NCBI RefSeq assembly: GCF_964355755.1
Contig: NC_092678.1
Coordinates: 20,353,365 to 20,417,364 of the forward strand
Direction of reading: 5' to 3'
Source: Antedon mediterranea
Lineage: Eukaryota > Animalia > Echinodermata
Length of the DNA stretch: 64,000 nucleotides
Position 1 is the stretch's first letter. Every line of letters starts with the position of its first letter. Positions 1-13,450 of this stretch are shown here, piece by piece. The notes beneath the pieces are model-generated. The model was given only the letters and a program-made list of their open reading frames with translations. It was not told the origin of the DNA and searched no databases. The translations under genes and the position numbers were made by a program.

Positions 1-975
1 GCTCAATTTTTAACTGGGCCGGATCAGCTAGATCTGCTTCCTACTACCTGGTCTACTTGCTTGATGCATGAGTATCCGCTTTTTTGGAGAGTAAACTAAG
101 CCTATTTTAGGCCTACTTAGACGATCGGGACACCATACATGTGGACGGCGATCGGACCTTGTTTTGCTTCAATATTTACAGCCGATTTTGTAGAACGTTT
201 TAGGTTTAGATTGTTTAGGAGTTTTGGTTGATAGGATGGGTTTTGTTATTTATGGGCCAATCGTCTAGTAGTAGTAGGCTAGCTAGGCCCATGGGCCCCA
301 TTGTTTTAACGTAGCCATCGTGGCATGGAATCCCTATAGTCAGAATGGCTCTCGCCTATTAGGCTAGGCCTAGAGTAGTATTGTACGTGAAGCCGATAAT
401 ACGATCTGTACTATAGAGGTATAAAAATAGTATACTTTATGACTCCGTAATCTGTACTAAATTTTGTATTTCATTAAATGTCAAATAAATATATGCTACT
501 ACTGTTATTATTACACTTTAGGCCTAGCTTAGAAAATCTACAAAAAAATGTATTTCACAATGATCGGGTGGTCGTCGTTTGACAGGGAAGAGAGATGTAA
601 ATTAGGCCTAGTTGACAAACACAACGTACATGACGTCGCGAGTTTGGAATCCACTGGTGACGTGATTTTGTGAATATCTCATGAATATTAATGAGCTTCC
701 CTAAGCTGCTGAAAAACAGACTTGCCATGAATTTACCCTAAAATGTATATGAAATTTAATTTTTTAAATTTCTCGTTATTACTTCTTCATTCTGACATGT
801 CTATATTGTTATATTTTTTTTAATTTAATAAATAAACGATATTTAAAAGCAATTTTAAACCCAGAATCCCCCTTTAAGCAAAATATCTTTGGTTTTTTTA
901 AATATTTTTCTGCTATTTAATGTTTACATTTCGTTGTTTCTTTATTTATTATTCCTGATTTGTCCTTTTTTACAG

Positions 976-3900
976 CCGAAACCACTGTGCTAACATCACC
1001 AAGTAAGATGTCAAAGACAACAGTGATATCTGAATCTCCTACCGACCCAGAGAAGAAGAGTTCTCCGTGGAAAAATATATACCTTCTGCCGATTCTATGT
1101 AATAAACTTAATATAGTTTCTGATAATTTCACATGTAGAATAATAACTACTAGTTTAATGTAGTACTACTTAAATAACTACACATTTTTTTTTTTTTTTT
1201 TCTGAACCAATCTCTTTGTCTATGTGTACATACAGACACAAAATAAAAACAAAAATCTTGTTAAATTACTCCATAAAATTTACTGCAGAACTTCACATTT
1301 TTCTTGCAGAAGTGCTAACCTATCGTTACCTATGCATACTGTAATTATAATTTATTTGGAACAACAGCACTCTACAGAGAACTTAATTAAAATAAAATAC
1401 ACCTTCAATATTTATAGAAATATCAAGTACAGGTGCAAGAACATTTTTTGGTTCCAAACATCAATTGCAATCGACAGAATTTGCTCAAGCATTGCCAATT
1501 CCTTCAGTCTAATATTCTGGAGGTCAGGTCATGAGGAAAGGATCTTCAGTAGTAGAATTATTTAGGTTACATAAGCTGTCTTTATTGTTATCATCCGACC
1601 AGCTTAATATACATTGTAATGTATTGGACTGCAATTTTAATTTTAAACTTGCACTTTCGAACCCTATACATTGTGGTGCAACTATGTTCTTCTCCTGACA
1701 TGCATAAACAGTGATACTTATTGTGGTCTACAGTACTTGATAATCAAGAGAATGCAGTGTATTTTAAACTTTGTTATATTTTTAGTATTTTTACTCATCA
1801 TCGGCATAATCGTTCTTTGTTGCAAGTTTAATGAGAAGTTTCGGAAATTTTTGGAAAATCTCTTTCCTGGCTATTCCTTTGGTAAGCTGTTTTTTCTATT
1901 ACTTTAAAAAAAAAATTATATGAAGAATTTTCCCCATCATTCTCTTTGCTCCAACCCATACACGGAAGATAAATGCAAGCAATGCGTCTACAATAAGCAC
2001 TGCTCTTTTCCAATAGTGTACCAAGTTTTTTATTGTACATGGTAGACGGTAGTCTGGGTTCCAGACGAAGTTTTGTCTTAATATTAGTAAAAAGATAAAT
2101 ATTTTGGCACATATGGCGTTTCATACGTATACTACTTGATTTTTTTCAGACAAAAATCGCGGTCGAAATAAAAAAAAATAAAAAAAAAAAAAAGATAATA
2201 CAGACTTGGGGCAAGTCTAGGTAGACGGCTTAACAACCTGAAGGATGAGGCAATAAGGGAACTGTACCTTTTCACATGCCAGTCCAATTCATGAATACAC
2301 CATTGTGATTTTTGGCCACTTCCCCTCTCGCTAGAGATTTAAAGGAGTATCTTTGTACCATGCCGACGTTTTTATCTGTGTTTATTATTACAATTGTATA
2401 GTAATGAAATAAATAAAATATAATTGTTAACAAACTCAACATTTTTCTTACCTGCAATCAAAAAGCCTAGCTGAAAAAATTATTTATTTTGTTGTATGTT
2501 TTTTGGAAAACTGAAGTTTTAATTTTTTTCTTTTAGGCTTAATACATAAAAAATTTGCAGAGGGTGATAATAAAATCCAGGATGAGAAATCTGATATCAC
2601 ACTGGTTAATATGGCAGGTAAAAATTTACTTAATAAAATGTATTAAATAACAACATAATAAACAATGACACTACAGAACAGATGACTTGTATTGTCCAAA
2701 TAAACTGGAAATATTGAATATCGAAACGTGGCAGGCTCTAGTTAAAATTTATAATTTAAACTTACGATACTTTTATAGTATTGTATATTCAGGAGTAGCC
2801 GCTGCATAATCTCTTTGCTTTTCTTCCTTATATGTATCTATACTCTATGTTCAATTATTTATACTAACATATAATTATTATATTGATACTTATAACATAA
2901 CAGTTAAATATGTAAATGTAACAATTAATGAATAACCAATCTACTACACGATAATCTAATCTATACACAAGATCATTATTCCAAACTATTACACTAATAG
3001 TTAAATATCTTATTTCTATTTCTGAAAATACATTTCAATCTTCTATCTACTAAAGCTGAAGTATAGTCATATCTTGGGACCATTCTATAGTCACCACCAG
3101 ATAGGTTTTCTTCATCAGTGCTTCTATGAATAGATGTTCTGTTGAGCGCAGGAACGCTAGTTGACAATACCCAATTTAAAAACTCCTACAAAATGTAAAG
3201 TACAGTGATCTCTGGAATGGTGCCATAATATAGTTGTTAATGTAATGTTATTTAAAGAAAAAATTACATGCAAACCTCTGTCCGTTTTTTCTTCATCTGA
3301 GAAGGAAAATGCATTAGTAAATTGATTTTAATATTTTTTTATTTTTTCCCCAAATTGATGATTAAATAATGATTTTATTGTTTTTTAAAGGTGGTGAGGA
3401 CAGTGTACCAAGTGACGAAAAAAAATCACAAGGTATAATGTTTTGTAATTTTTACAATTATAAAACCACATGATTCCTTCATGTTCATTCATCTAAAACC
3501 TCCAATACCTACTGTAATCTCAATTCATGTCAAGCAAACATTATAAAGTTTTGTTTCCACACAAGTGATTTCAATATAATAGGGTTTTAGCTATAGATAA
3601 TAAACTGTACAAAAGCCATTATGTATTTTCCTAGATTTTCTATCAATTGACTATTCTTTTCACAAAAAAAATAAATAAAAATAGTTTTTGTCCAGGTTTT
3701 TTTTTTAAACTTATCACTTGACATTATTTGGGTTCCACATAGAGACTTATACGCTCGTATTCCTAAACCAAACTTTAGTCGTAGTTCGAAGTTCGACTTG
3801 AAAAAGTCCTAGTTCGAGCTATTACTTCAATTTTGATTCATAAACGAAGTAATCAAAGTTTGCAGTTCGACTTAATGAAGTCGAGCTTTTAGTCGAGTTG

Positions 3901-6900
3901 CACACATCTGGGTAACAAAGGCTATACATTGGCCAATGACAAGAAAGTATTTGAGGAGGCAGACGAAATTTTGCTCATTGATATAACTTTCCATTTTCTT
4001 ACAAAAAGTTTTACGCATCAGGACTATAATACATGAAAAATAATTTTAATTGTTAATTATTAGAACAAGATCAGTATTAATTAATAACAGTGAAGTACTT
4101 TTGATTAACAACAAACAAAATCTTCAAAATATATTTAGGAACCATGGCTTATTTTCTAGGCCTCCAACAAAGTATGATCGCGACGAACCACGTACTTCAT
4201 AGTGTGACAAGAAAGCGCTAGGCCCCCTAAACATTCCATCGCGTGGTGAGTTTCCGCATCTCCCATTGTCGCTATAGCGTGACGTAGTTCAAAAATAATA
4301 ATGTAATTTGTATAATACGGTTGTAAATAAACATGATTTAAGCATAAACCAATGTATATTTAAGTAAGCTAATATAAAAATAGATATTTCATTCTTCAAT
4401 ATCTGGCCAATATTACAACTCAATGACTGTTTAACCTTGTTTAAATACCATTTATTTGGTGATTTAGCCTGCCCCCTCGAGGACTAAAAAAATCGATCAA
4501 AATCCATCTCGATTTAAGCCCGGTTTAAGAAGACGGGCGATAGAGTCTAATCAGACTATGGTTTCTGCAAAATAAATTTCACATTGTGCACAGGTTCAAC
4601 TTGGAAATATGAAATATCGTGGCCAAACATACTGTATGTAATCAATATTGGGCATCAGCATCTAAACAAGGTGTGGCCTATTCTGATGTGTATTGTGGAA
4701 AGTGCATCACCAAAAAATTATTTTAGGTAACCAAAAGGAGTGTAGAGAGACTATGAGGATACTTGTAATGTAATTCAATACAATCAGGAGAAACAATAAA
4801 TGTGGAAACTCCCGCGATTAACGCGAGACTTGATAGTGCTACACACCTACTAACTTAGCTATATATAATACTGTATTCGAAGTGTCCAAAATGGCTTTTG
4901 TCAGATATCCCATGTTTATTTGCAATTCTTTATATAGATTACAGTATACAATTTTGACTCTAGTAATGAATATGAATAAAATTAAATCAATTTTTCATTT
5001 GTTTATTATACAGAAACTATGAGTGCATCATGTAAAAATGATGTTGACAAGCCTAAAGGTTAGTTTAAACTCTTACCTTTTATAAAAAGAGTATAATATG
5101 CAAAGATTTATTTAAATAAAACTAATTACCTAATGATAGTTTTTCTTAGTTAGACAATAACTATTTTAATCTAACTGGTTACTGAAAAAGGGAGAGGATT
5201 GGGGGAGGTAGAGAGAGGATTGGGGAGGTAGAGAGAGGGAGAGGAACTCTAACATCTCTAATATGTAAAGATGGATAAAGGTAAATGCAAGAAAACTGAA
5301 AAAGTTTCATTAACCAAGACCCAAATTCTTTTTGTTTTTGTAATTAAAACGCTTTTATATGGCCCTTTGTCAAAAAAAATGTAATCAATCATTTTGACAA
5401 TTAAAAAGATATGTGTAATATTGAAATTATATTATTATTATTTAGCGATTGAGGAACAAGAGCCACTTATGAAGTCTGATGACGTTTTCGTCAAAAAAGG
5501 TAGTGGAAATTTAGGGAAATCTGCTGCTTTAAAAAAGAGGTTTCCAAGACAACGTTCCTCGACCTCCAGCCTTCCTGATGTACCAGAAAACAGTCAATTA
5601 TCAGTGGTTCTACGAAAATGGTGCTATCGTAAGAATTAAGATCATTCAATATTCTTCTGATTTGCGTTCTTTAAAAAATTAAACATAATGTGTTTTAACT
5701 TCTATGAATGATTGCTTAAAACACTTTTTTGTTTTCATATAGTGTACCTATACTTTGTTTTTATGGTATACAGTAATGCCTAAATAGATTTCTGTCATTT
5801 GATGATAAAAAATAAGCACCCTATTTTTGTCGGCGGAAGATAAATAAAAAAATAAAATAATAGATCCTTAAATTTTATGGCCTGTCACTTTCACTTTCAT
5901 TTTTAATTACTCTTTTTATTTTATTTATTTCTTGGATTACTTTTTTTATGTGAAGCGCATTTATGACATTAAAAGTCCAAATTTATTATTATTATTGAAT
6001 AAAAACAGATATTTTATATTCATAGAGGATAGGGCAAGAGTTGAACCGGAACATGTTTCTGAAATCTCAAAACACATTGGGAAAGAAGTAGCAAGGATTG
6101 GTTTCATGCTTGGCTTAACAAATGGGGAAGTGGAAACTATTGAGCATAACCACAAGTCAGATCTTTCTAGACAGAATTTAGTAGTTTTGCAGATATGGTT
6201 GGAAAAGAGAGGTGTTTCTGCTACGAAAAGTGTTCTTGCACGTGCTCTTAACAGTATTGGAAGACCCGAACTTGCATTAAAACATTTATGGACTGACCAA
6301 GAATGGAAACAAGGTAATTCCTTTAGTTCGAATGTTTGTTTTCATGAAAAAGATGTATATTTAAAGCTATGACCATAGAGATAATATTGAATAACTAGAC
6401 CGTCAACTCTAACACAATCACATCTCTTTTTAACATGGAGAGGAACCATCAAAATATTGCTGCATCGCATTAGCTGTGCCGTGCCTACTACTTGGCCATT
6501 CACTACTATATCTCTGTTATAGTATGTTAACTGTATCAAATGTATTCTTAATAGTTAATTTTATAAAAAATGTACTGTATTTAAAACAAATATGGGTCCT
6601 TGCCCTGTCAAATTACTAATTGTCTCTTAGGTAACTCTTGAGTAGATTAGTATATATCTCTAAATAGCCATGACAGATTTTTTTTTTTTCGACTGTCAGA
6701 ATATTTAAGTTTTTTTTATATGTTCACCTATATTTAACATTAATTTAATTTAGGGATTCAAGCAGTCAATAAAGAATCAACGTTTTGGAAAAGAAGAAAA
6801 AGTCGGGAATTGGTGATCAAACTTGATTCTGGTTAGTACTTGTTCAACTTCATTGACCAATTATAATTTTCAAGCCCTACTCCTCCAAACCTACAGTACT

Positions 6901-7857
6901 GTACCTTTCTATAAAACTTTATATAAGAAATTGTAATCAGACCTAAGCCATATTAAAATTGACCATTCTACTGTATTCTCTCCAGTGTCTGTCTGTAAGT
7001 TTTTAGGTTTTTTAAGTCTTTTAGTGTGTAAATTTTAGATGGACAGATAAATTACAATCTGTTTTTTATTTCTTTATTTAAAATTGTATTTTATAGATTA
7101 TTTTGATGGCAAGGATTGGGAAATGCAAAGCACATGGCAAGGTATCTGGGAAATTATGTTAGAAAATGACTTTGGGAATTTCAGACAACTCAAATTAGCT
7201 TGCGGTGCCGTAGAATTACAACAGCCACCCCTTGAAGGTGAAGAAAGCTGTCCATATTTTAAGGGGAATCTTTGCTTGGATCAAAAGGCTGAACAATTGA
7301 TTGATTCAGAGTTTATACATCTGAAGCCAGTTTGTGTATCAGATGGCGTTAACTGTTTATTCTCTGCTGCATCTGTTATCTACTATGGTTCAGAAGATAA
7401 TTTTCTTGAGTTAAAACTACGTACAGTTATTGAGTTGGCCTATCACAAAGATCACTATATGAGACAAAGAGCACTTATCAAGTGTATAAAAGCGGAGTAC
7501 GCACTGACCAAGTTAGAAGAGAATGATGTATTAACCAAACCTAAAGATGTAGAAGCAAACTTTGAAAATTCTATCCGGCAAACATTAAGTGAACAAAACC
7601 TCTTCAGCCTGCAGGGAAACTCCATCCAGCTGTTCGGCCTTGCATCAGTTTTAAACTGCAATATTCAGTCCGTCTTTCCTACAATTGGTGCATCTGAAAC
7701 AAGCCCTTTGAATGTACTTATCACTCCACGTAAGGAACAAGAAAATCCAGCAACAGTTTTCATTATGTGGTCTAGGCACACACCATTACCTGAAGATGGA
7801 CAGTTTGTTCCTAATCACTTTGTCCCTCTTCTTCAAGAACCACCAACCACAAATTAG
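976..7857 (+). CDS. 5'-incomplete spliced gene: type I transmembrane protein with cytoplasmic death domain and C-terminal vertnin-like OTU-fold domain. Predicted exons 976-1098, 1786-1881, 2537-2617, 3391-3432, 5014-5058, 5446-5628, 6026-6313, 6754-6831, 7097-7857 (~564 aa visible)
   Basis: Each exon has a pyrimidine-rich AG acceptor and a GT donor. All introns are phase 1 and the joined frame is open to TAG at 7855-7857. The TM segment IYLLPILLFLLIIGIIVLCC forms across the exon 1/2 junction and is followed by basic KFNEKFRK. Confidence 0.75.
3752..4539. mobile_element. Putative non-autonomous DNA transposon (MITE, possibly PIF/Harbinger-like) in an intron
   Basis: Imperfect terminal inverted repeats gctcgtattcctaaacc (3753) and ggtttaagaagacgggc (to 4538), flanked by ATA on both sides. 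Confidence 0.4.
6026..6313 (+). CDS. Death-domain exon
   Basis: HVSEISKHIGKEVARIGFMLGLTNGEVETIEHNHKSDLSRQNLVVLQIWLEKRGVSATKSVLARALNSIGRPELA follows the death-fold pattern (LGL...I..IE...Q...L..W....G..AT...L..AL..IGR.ELA). Bounded by catag| and |gtaatt. Confidence 0.85.
7097..7857 (+). CDS. Terminal exon encoding a vertnin-like OTU (cysteine protease/deubiquitinase-fold) domain
   Basis: Motifs DGVNCLFSAAS, ELKLRTVIEL, LFGLASVLNCNIQSVFP, LNVLITPR, VFIMWS and PNHFVPL resemble vertnin/OTU-like domains. Confidence 0.75.
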
Positions 7858-9930
7858 TCTTCTGGTTATTCACACACAGAATAATTGTCCCTAGTTAGTT
7901 TTATTGAAATCAACTGTTGAGGGCGCTATGTTTTTTTTTTACCTTGGTCGCATTTTGCCCTTGCATGGTCTTTTTTCGGAGAAAATTTAGAGTTTTTGAG
8001 TAGTAGTTAACTGAGTTTAAGTAGTTTGACTGAAAAAAAAAATCTTTTGCGATCGAGGTTTAAGATAAAAAAAAAACTAATTCTTTCCTTGTTGAAAAAT
8101 TTCAAACCCACCTTAATTTTTATTTGATCCGTCTACAAACAAGTGTCCTTTAAAATTTTATTTTGGCCAGAATTTTCTGATATTCAACTTTCTATGCAAG
8201 AAAATATGGTAAGGGTGGTTAAAAGATTGAATGCAAAACCTTGAAGTAGTTTTTCATTTGAATACTGTTATTGTAAAGTAATCGTGTTATTTTTTATTTA
8301 AAAAATCCTTACTACAGTACTATAACTACTACTGTTTGGGATAACAGAAGGTAAAGGCTGATTTTAACCTCAAAATAAAAAAATAAAAATTATATTAACA
8401 ATTTTTAGAATTAATTAAGGTTTTATAAATGGTATTAGTAGAAGTATATAATATATTCATTACAATGGCTGATTTATTGATATTTTTGAAAAAGTAAAGT
8501 ATTTTTGAAATATATTTTCAATTACTATATGACAGTAGATAAAAGTTTACAATATAATTGGAAAAATTTTATATTCCTTTGAGTTGAACTAAACATTTTA
8601 AATGTAAAAAGCAAAAGTGGGCTTATGTTAAAATGGAACTGAAAGAAACTTTGTTGACATAAGTGATCCGAGAAACTGACTTCAACTGACCACAAAGCTA
8701 TGCAAACTATGTCGACATAAGCTGAGTTGAGTTGCGGATCTGATAGGAACAAAAAAAAAACTGTGGTTCATGTTGACATGGTATTTGTAATCACGACCAG
8801 TTGTAATGTCAGCAAGGATTGTGTGCCTATTGGTTCCACTCCTCAATTACAGATTGCGTCACGTATGCAGTATGGGTAACCATGACTAGATAGAATCCGT
8901 TCCATACTTGGTACACTAGATATTTTGCTTCTCCAATGGCGACACGTGTCCTATTGTTACTTTCCATACATAAGAGCTTGTATACTACTAGTTACTTTCA
9001 GATAAGTTTTACTGTTTATGTCGGTGTATATATTAACTTAATACTGAAGTCTGTATAACAGGTGATATTGAACAAATTCCAATATCAATCATTCCTAATG
9101 AAAATCTGTGTTTTGTGTGTTTAAAAAACAAATTAGAAATAGTTTTTAAAATGACAATGTGTACAGTATTTGTAATGTTACTTATGTATGTGTTACTTAA
9201 AAATATAAGTATTTGGATGTTACTTTTAGTAAACAAGAGTCACTCAACGCATCAGTGTATCTCTACATACATTTATTACTGTATCATGTTCATCACATGT
9301 GCCACCTACAGTATATCATGGTTAGATCAAGGTTAGATCAAGATTACAAAATGATGCATGTGATACATATGTGACACTGTATCACAGAATTTGCCTATGA
9401 TACTGGACAAGGTACAGATACAGTACTGAGAATTAAGTATATAACTTTACTACACATATCTTTCATTTATAGCTGCTTTTATATTATTGGCAACAAAATA
9501 GCTATACATATCAATATATTTTATTTTCAATATATTATGTGGATTGTGATTTTTTTAAAATTGTGTGTTATAAGCGTTAATGTGGAAACAGAAATATTAA
9601 TTTTGTATTCTTGTAGTTTAATAACAAATATATAACCAATGTAGATAAGTATTATTTTTTTAATTGACAAAACCTGCAATTGTAACTAATTAAATATATA
9701 GCAATTATATTTATGTATTGTATTAATTAACTGTCTTTCTTACATCATATTCTACACACATTATGCATGGTAGACGGGAAACAAGATATTTTTTAATTGA
9801 ATTGTAAAGAAATTGTAAGTTTTTTTTTAACCAATAATTTATGATACCATACATTAATATCAATTTTATAACTTTAAAAATATAAAAATATTTTAAATTT
9901 GCATATTTTCACATGTAGATAAGTTATATG

Positions 9931-10222
9931 CAACACCGGCGCAGATCCTTGGGGTGGGGGACATGTCCACTCACATATTATTTAGTGGGGATATTCCCCC
10001 TCACTTTTCAACAGCAAAATCATTAAATTGTTGATGAAATAGAAAGTAAGACTTTATGACATGCATGACGTATTTGTATGTAATTTCAGAAAATACAGTA
10101 TCTAAGAAGAATAGATTTTGCGTGAATATAACTAGTGGTGCATCGGCCACCTGGCCCCCCCAGCCTAAAGTATTTCATTTTTTTACATCCCCCCCAATAT
10201 TTAAAACGGATCTGCGTCGTTG
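9931..10222. mobile_element. hAT-like MITE
   Basis: Imperfect TIRs caac..ggcgcagatcc / ggatctgcgtcgttg with an 8-bp target duplication gttatatg (9923-9930, 10223-10230). Confidence 0.65.
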
Positions 10223-10827
10223 GTTATATGTACACAGATTAGAATATGTTTGTCTTGTCACTTGACCCAATGTTGATTCCCAATGAGGCCACTTTTATAT
10301 ATAGAGGATAACATTACATGCTATTCTAAGTCTTTAGCGCAACAAAAGTATTTCAGAAAAATATTTAAAAACAACATTTCTGGTAATCTATAGCTTGTGA
10401 TTGGTCAGTTATTGCATCATTGTGTTGCCTCCTATGGAAACCATTGCTTTATAATAATTCAATGCAATTGGTGCTAAATAATAGTTAGATAAATTGTTTT
10501 GATGTTTTATTATTCATCATTTTAATAATATATTTGCACTGCCCAGCTATAATATTTTGCCATTATTATAATTATGTGTTCAATTAATGTATGGTGATGC
10601 TGTCTTGTAAATAACTTACTAAAGAAGTGTCGATTATTTTTGGGGGTGGCGAGGGGGATATAATTACTCATTCCATGTGTTTTCCACTTTACATGTTCAT
10701 AGAGTTTTTGTCCTATATTATTTGAACATATTATGAAATAATAGAATGTCTTATATCAAAAGTAAAAAATAATTAAATTTTTTCTGTCGTAAATTTTCTC
10801 ATATGTTTTATTTAATTTTAATCGTAA

Positions 10828-10915
10828 CAGTAGAGTCCCTCCATGGGGGGACACCCTGTTGAGGGGACAGTTTGATGGGCGTCCAGATGGTGTCCCCTTA
10901 ATAGGGGTTCTACTG
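10828..10915. mobile_element. Small degenerate Tc1/mariner-type MITE
   Basis: Ends cagtagagtccc / ggggttctactg are imperfect inverted repeats. The TA flanks are degenerate. Confidence 0.35.
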
Positions 10916-12122
10916 CATTTTCTTTAGCCGTTTAGAATAGTGTTATCTTTCTATATTTAAATTATGCTTAATTCTGATATATAAGTGGACAGAAAACAAG
11001 GTTGGTTTGTTTGATATAATGGTTTCAAACAAATAAATGTCATGGTTTTAAGTATTTACTTTTGTTAACTGCCTGCTAAAAATAATTTAACGTTTACTTT
11101 TTGTTTTAGGTTTTTATGTAAATGATAAACAGAGAAATACTATAATATAGAACTTCTACTATTGGACTCTATTAAAGGGGATGATAATTGTTGGGTACCA
11201 AAGGTGTCCTGTTTTTCTATTTGTGTGTGTATATGTAATTCCACAGTTAAACTGAACGTTTTTATATGATTATTAAATTAAATTATAATAAGTTTTATTA
11301 TACACAATTTAGATACATGAAAGAATTCTGTTGAATGTGTTATTTTTTATAATGGGTAATTATAACTGTTTATAAGATTTTACTTTAAAAAAGTTGCCAT
11401 TAAAACTGTTTTCATGCTAAAAAGTGAAGTAGTTTTATCCCAAGGATATCCACAAAGTATATTATAGAAATAGTTTAGCTGGTTGAAGATAATTTTTATG
11501 TTTAGGAAATATACCCATGCAAATTCCAAATCTGTAGGTTATTTTAGATGGTATTTTGTTTATAAAGTGACAATTTTTGTGGCGCCTGCACCCCATCCAT
11601 GATCAGCTCTGATAAGGGACCGAACGGAAAAGAGTTCATACTCAATGGTTAAGGGTTAAAGGTTAATCAAAGATTAAGTACCTTGATATAAATTGTCACA
11701 ATCAGTACTACACTGTATTCTGACATTTTATTTTTTATGTTACTGAATTTTTACTTTAAAATATGTATAAGTAATGTAATTGCAATAATTTTATATGAAT
11801 ATAAAAATTATTAAATACTTTTCTCATCATAATAATTGTTGTTATTGTTCTAATTATAGATACCCCTATTCAGACATCCGTATTAAACGATAAAGAGAAA
11901 TGTATGTTTTCACACTACAGCCACCCACCCCTCTTATGGTCCTAAAAGTGTCTCCTTAATCGGTGTTATAACAAGGCTTTCAAACAACAGGTCACTGAGC
12001 TCGGCTTACCAAAATAGGAACTCGCAACATTCCTTTGATCTGATGTCTGGCTGCGACAAACACCAACAGTACTGCACTATGTACTATGTACATACTGTAT
12101 TCTTCGCGACGCGGTGTCTGAT

Positions 12123-12949
12123 GTATGGAACGCCGTTTACGCAACATTTCGATGATATGAATTTTATGATGTGATATGTGAATGAAATGCATCGATATGA
12201 ATTGAATGGCGCGATATATAAATGAAATGTTTTGAATTGAATGCTGTGAATTGAATGTTTTGAATGAAATGTTTTGAATGAAATGTTTTGAATGAAATGT
12301 TTTGAATGAAATGTTTTGAATTGAATGTTTTAAATGAAATGTTTTGAATGAAATGTTTTGAATGAAATGTTTGAATTGAATTGAAAAGTCAAACTATTGG
12401 TGGCGTATGTCATTCTCGCTCGCGATTATTTTCTCAACCTCTTAGGCCTAAGCCTGGGTACCCTCATCTCCTTTCTTCCACGCTGCCTTTACAGAGAATC
12501 CTAACAGACCTGGGTTCGGAAATATGTATTCCAATGTTTCAGGTCTGTTAGGGAGTCTCTGTAAAGGATTCATATTGATGACAGCGTTGAAAGGAGATGA
12601 GGGTACCCATGCTTAGGCCTATTAAGAGGTTGAAAAAAAAATCGCGAGCGGGAATGACATACGCCGCCAATAGTTTGACTTTTCAATTCAATTCAAACAT
12701 TCATTTTCATTCAAAACATTTAATTCAAAACATTTCATTCAAAACATTTCATTCAAAACATTTTATTCAAAACATTCAATTCAAAACATTTCATTCAAAA
12801 CATTTCATTCAAAACATTCAATTCAAAGCATTCAATTCAAAACATTTCATTCATATATCACGCCATTCAATTCATATCGATGCATTTCATTCACATATCG
12901 CGTCATAAAATTCATATCATCGAAATGTTGCGTAAACGGCGTTCCATAC
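12123..12949. mobile_element. 827-bp foldback (palindromic) non-autonomous transposon with internal 14-bp repeats
   Basis: The arms are near-perfect reverse complements over ~390 bp (gtatggaacgccgtttacgc...gcgtaaacggcgttccatac) and contain (gaatgaaatgtttt)n. 4-bp TSD tgat at 12119-12122 and 12950-12953. An empty paralogous site lies at 57675-57700. Confidence 0.9.
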
Positions 12950-13139
12950 TGATGTGTAGAACTGATCGTGTCGCAGTCACAGATAAACCCTTTGATCTCT
13001 GCAACTCAACATCCTGTTGTTATAATTGCCTTGGTTATATACTGTAGGGCCTATTTGCAATCGATGATTTGAATGAAATCGTTCAATCTTTATAAGGTAC
13101 CGAATAATTTTGCAAAACAATGATTTAGTCCGGGTATCC

Positions 13140-13450
13140 TATGACGTCACTGACGCTCTCTTCTCTACCGCTATGATCCACACCTGGAGCGTTAGCGATG
13201 CAAATACAAGTATGTGATTGGCCATAGGAGTACGAACAATACGATTCACAGGTGTATGGGTCTTGAATTGTGGAAAATGAAAAGCAAATTGATTGAAAAG
13301 GTTATTGAAATAGGCCTTTATCGTAATGGAATCATAATGTGTTTTTGTTTGTGGAATATATGCGCACTTTTGAGCAAGACCGAAGTAGTGTGGATGTACA
13401 GTACGGATAATGCAAAACGATGCATGGCTGTTGCTGAATTATAGGTAAGA
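13140..13450 (+). promoter_or_regulatory. Candidate promoter and non-coding first exon upstream of the GPCR array
   Basis: TGACGTCA (CRE-like) at 13142-13149, ATTGG (reverse CCAAT) at 13217-13221 and a strong donor AG|GTAAGA at 13444/13445. Confidence 0.35.

Noticed and set aside
540-877. Possible Kolobok-like MITE ending ccctttaa
   Set aside because: I could not find a matching left terminus or TSD.
5932-6372. Stand-alone 146-aa death-domain ORF (and 7084-7857 as a stand-alone gene)
   Set aside because: Both begin at non-ATG codons in intron-like sequence, and splice signals define them as exons.
12597-12908. 103-aa ORF with repeated FHSKHFIQN
   Set aside because: Translation of the 14-bp repeats in the foldback element arm.
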